DNA of 63,471 nt, filler included, from Folioceros fuciformis (lineage: Eukaryota): NCBI GenBank assembly GCA_049999805.1. It is 10 parts of 10 records of this genome, joined end to end, with 100 filler letters (N's around TTAATTAATTAA, not from the genome) between each part and the next. Parts side by side here need not be neighbours in the genome. Positions count along the whole stretch, not along the records: positions 58,200 to 62,233 come from JBNGIO010005145.1; positions 62,334 to 63,471 come from JBNGIO010005166.1; 8 more parts are not named here. One strand, 5' to 3'. The notes beneath the pieces were generated by a model. The model saw nothing but the letters and a program-made list of their open reading frames with translations, made no database searches and was not told the DNA's origin. The position numbers were made by a program, and so were the translations under genes. Of this stretch, positions 61,101 through 63,471 are shown in pieces. Numbering within the stretch: position 1 is the first letter of the stretch; every line of letters starts with the position of its first letter.

Positions 61101-62233
61101 ATGGTCGATAGGACTTCTAGGGGGGAGTTTTGCTGGTTCGGTGAACACATCTTGGAACTCCTGTAGTTGTGACTTCATGGTGGGTGGTAGGAGTTCCTCA
61201 TGAGCCTTGGCTTCTACAGCTCTAGACTCTGGGGTTCCTTCTAGGGGTAAGACTTTTTTCAGCTTAGCTACGTACGTGAACCTGCCAGAGGCAATGGCTT
61301 TATTGAAAGCAGATACTGCAAACAACTGTTTGTCGGGGGTATACTTTTCACCCTGCATGGTGTATGTCTTGTCCCCCTTTGTAAGACTCACTATGTTAGA
61401 CAACTAGTCTATGTCTAATGTGTGGGTATGCTTGGCCAGCCAGGGCTTACCAATAATGATGTCATGACACAAGGACGGCATTACAGTCAGCTTGAAGACT
61501 TCTGCAAAACCACCTGGGAAGGTGACTAGTGCATCAGTCCACTCTTCCTTGCTGGTTTCATGCTCGCCCAACGCTGTCACTACTGTGGACACATGTCATG
61601 AGGTACAGATCTGCAGGCCAACCTTTTCATCAGCGGATCTCGACACATAATGATGATTGGCACCAAAGTCTAGCAGAGCTGTGGCTCGGGCACCTTCTAG
61701 ACCAACCACTAGTTTGATGGGCACGTGGGTCAGGTAACCCTCTTGGAGATTTGACTTCCTTGAGATCACTGCAGCTATGGCATGGGTACTAACCTCGGTT
61801 GTGTTGATGGCATGTCCGCTCTTGGGAGGGTTTGGGTTTGGTTGGCTCACTTTGGTGGTCTTCCCAGTTTCTCTCAACCAGCTGATGAAGTCCTTGCGGA
61901 AAGGGCAGTTCTTTGAACCGTGGTCTTGTGCCATGCAAGTGAAACATTTCCTCTTCTCACTGTATCCCTTCTTCTCCTCCTCCGTCAATATATTGAAAGT
62001 TGGTTTCTTGTCTGACGCGTTAGCTGTCTTGTTCCACTTAGGCTTGGAGGGACCTGCGGAAGAGAAGTGTTTGTATTTGTTCATACCATAATTGATGGCT
62101 GTTCGCATCGCTTCGACCAAAGTTGCTAGGTTTGTTTGGTTCACATCCACTCTCATGTTGAATTTCACTCCGTCGATGAATTTCTTGATCTTTTGCTCCT
62201 CATCCAGCCTGGGCATGTCAAGTGTGAGTTGGA
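58200..62233 (-). mobile_element. Degenerate Ty3/Gypsy retrotransposon (gag-PR-RT-RNase H-IN, PPT)
   Basis: CFTCMAQDHGSKNC knuckle, ALLDFGANHHYVS protease, WRLCIDYRGLN and FLDDILIY RT, INASDFAMGAVL RNase H, IAMDFITHLP integrase and a GPF motif. PPT AAGTGGGGGAGAA at ~58210-58222. Confidence 0.93.
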
Positions 62234-62534
62234 NNNNNNNNNNNNNNNNNNNNNNNNNNNNNNNNNNNNNNNNNNNNTTAATTAATTAANNNNNNNNNNN
62301 NNNNNNNNNNNNNNNNNNNNNNNNNNNNNNNNNCAACCTAAACTATGCTACTTACAAGACCCGCCTACTACTCACTGTCAGACACATACACTGCTGCTGA
62401 GGTTTTCTTTGGGTTGCCAGAGTCATTATTAGTACTGGATGATAGTTGTATGTAGTCCTTATTGAGCACTTTGTCTTCCATGATCTTGTGCACAGAACCT
62501 GCAGAGTGAGTTACATGTCGACAGCAAACGATTT

Positions 62535-63158
62535 TCAGAACCAGTGGGAGTAGAGAGTGGGTTGAACACATGGCAGGTTGAACTTACGATAGTAGCTGAT
62601 AACATGGCCTGGAAACTCGTCACTCTCACAGACCCTAATCCTCTCCATCACAATCGTGGACAGAGTGCACCTATACCAAAGGGGAGAGTTTGGCTTCGCA
62701 GCAGTCCCCAAACCAATGATTCTTGTATCCCGCTTAAGGCTACCTCTTGGGAACCTGATGGGAACAAGAGGCCTTCCTTTGCCTTCCTCCCACATCGCGA
62801 TAGGACTTGAGTCAGTAAAGACAGGAAGCTTATGTTCAGTCAATCACTTGCTTGTAGCTCTGAGTCCTGTAGATGATCTTTGAGGATGATCTCCAGCTGG
62901 AGGTTCAGCTGGAGAGCTTTGAGAACGTGCGCAGGCTCCCATATCCTCAGCGGCTCTTATCTTCACAGTCGACGGAGTGTTGAAGAAGACCCTTGGACGC
63001 CTGAGGTTTTCCTTCGGCAGGGGAGAACTTGTTCCTGCTCCGGACCTCCCGCCAGGACTTGAGGCAGTTGTCCTAGGAGCTCTCTTTGCACGCGCAAAGC
63101 AGCCCAAGGTATCCTTCACATAGCGCCGAGTCGCCTTCGAATCCTCAGAGGACGACAT
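62535..63158 (-). CDS. Antisense accessory gene in the 3' internal region of an LTR element, copy 2 (one in-frame TGA at 62844-62846)
   Basis: MSSSEDSKATRRYVKDTLGCFAR...*...TRIIGLGTAAKPNSPLWY...FPGHVISYYRKF. It lies upstream of TCAACAAGTGGGAG at 63411-63424 and the TGTTAAG LTR start at 63425. Confidence 0.55.
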
Positions 63159-63471
63159 CTTGGTCAGGTGGCTCTCCAGCTGCTCTCTCAAAAGGATGCT
63201 AAGAGTGAACAAGATGAGAATGAATGTTGCACACTTATTTGCAAGAGGTTTCTTTTGGGCACGCTCCAACAAGCACCGTACTATGGAGTTTTGAGGCGAA
63301 GAGCAGGAGGGAACCAAGCACTTGCAGTTCATGGCTGAAGTCTCAGCTAGTTCTCGCACGTAAAGACTGATACCAACGAAGCAGGACTGTGATTTTATTG
63401 CTCGACATCATCAACAAGTGGGAGTGTTAAGAGATAGTGTTGATAATATCTAGCCAATTAAAGGCACATAT

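Overview
This is eukaryotic, plant-like nuclear DNA, probably from a non-seed land plant or streptophyte (inferred from gene content and short GT-AG introns). It consists of ten unplaced contigs joined by artificial N-TTAATTAATTAA-N linkers, so adjacency across a linker means nothing. Contig 1 (1-14993) holds a decayed CRE-like non-LTR RT, an intact 7-exon STRAP (WD40) gene, and a convergent single-exon ORF of >=2491 aa encoding a CIP1/NET-like coiled-coil protein. The rest is mostly LTR-retrotransposon DNA. Main findings: (1) a Ty3/Gypsy element with a complete C5 DNA-methyltransferase domain between protease and RT; (2) an intronless LETM1-like::CCT5 chimera, with the CCT5 part present twice; (3) three Copia elements each with an extra ORF upstream of gag; (4) two homologous antisense accessory genes just inside the 3' polypurine tract of LTR elements; (5) a Copia with an in-frame Gag-RT fusion that lacks protease and integrase; (6) a 1.8-kb contig with a fungal-type RIP signature over a Gypsy gag. 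All family assignments come from motif recognition by eye; no database searches were run.
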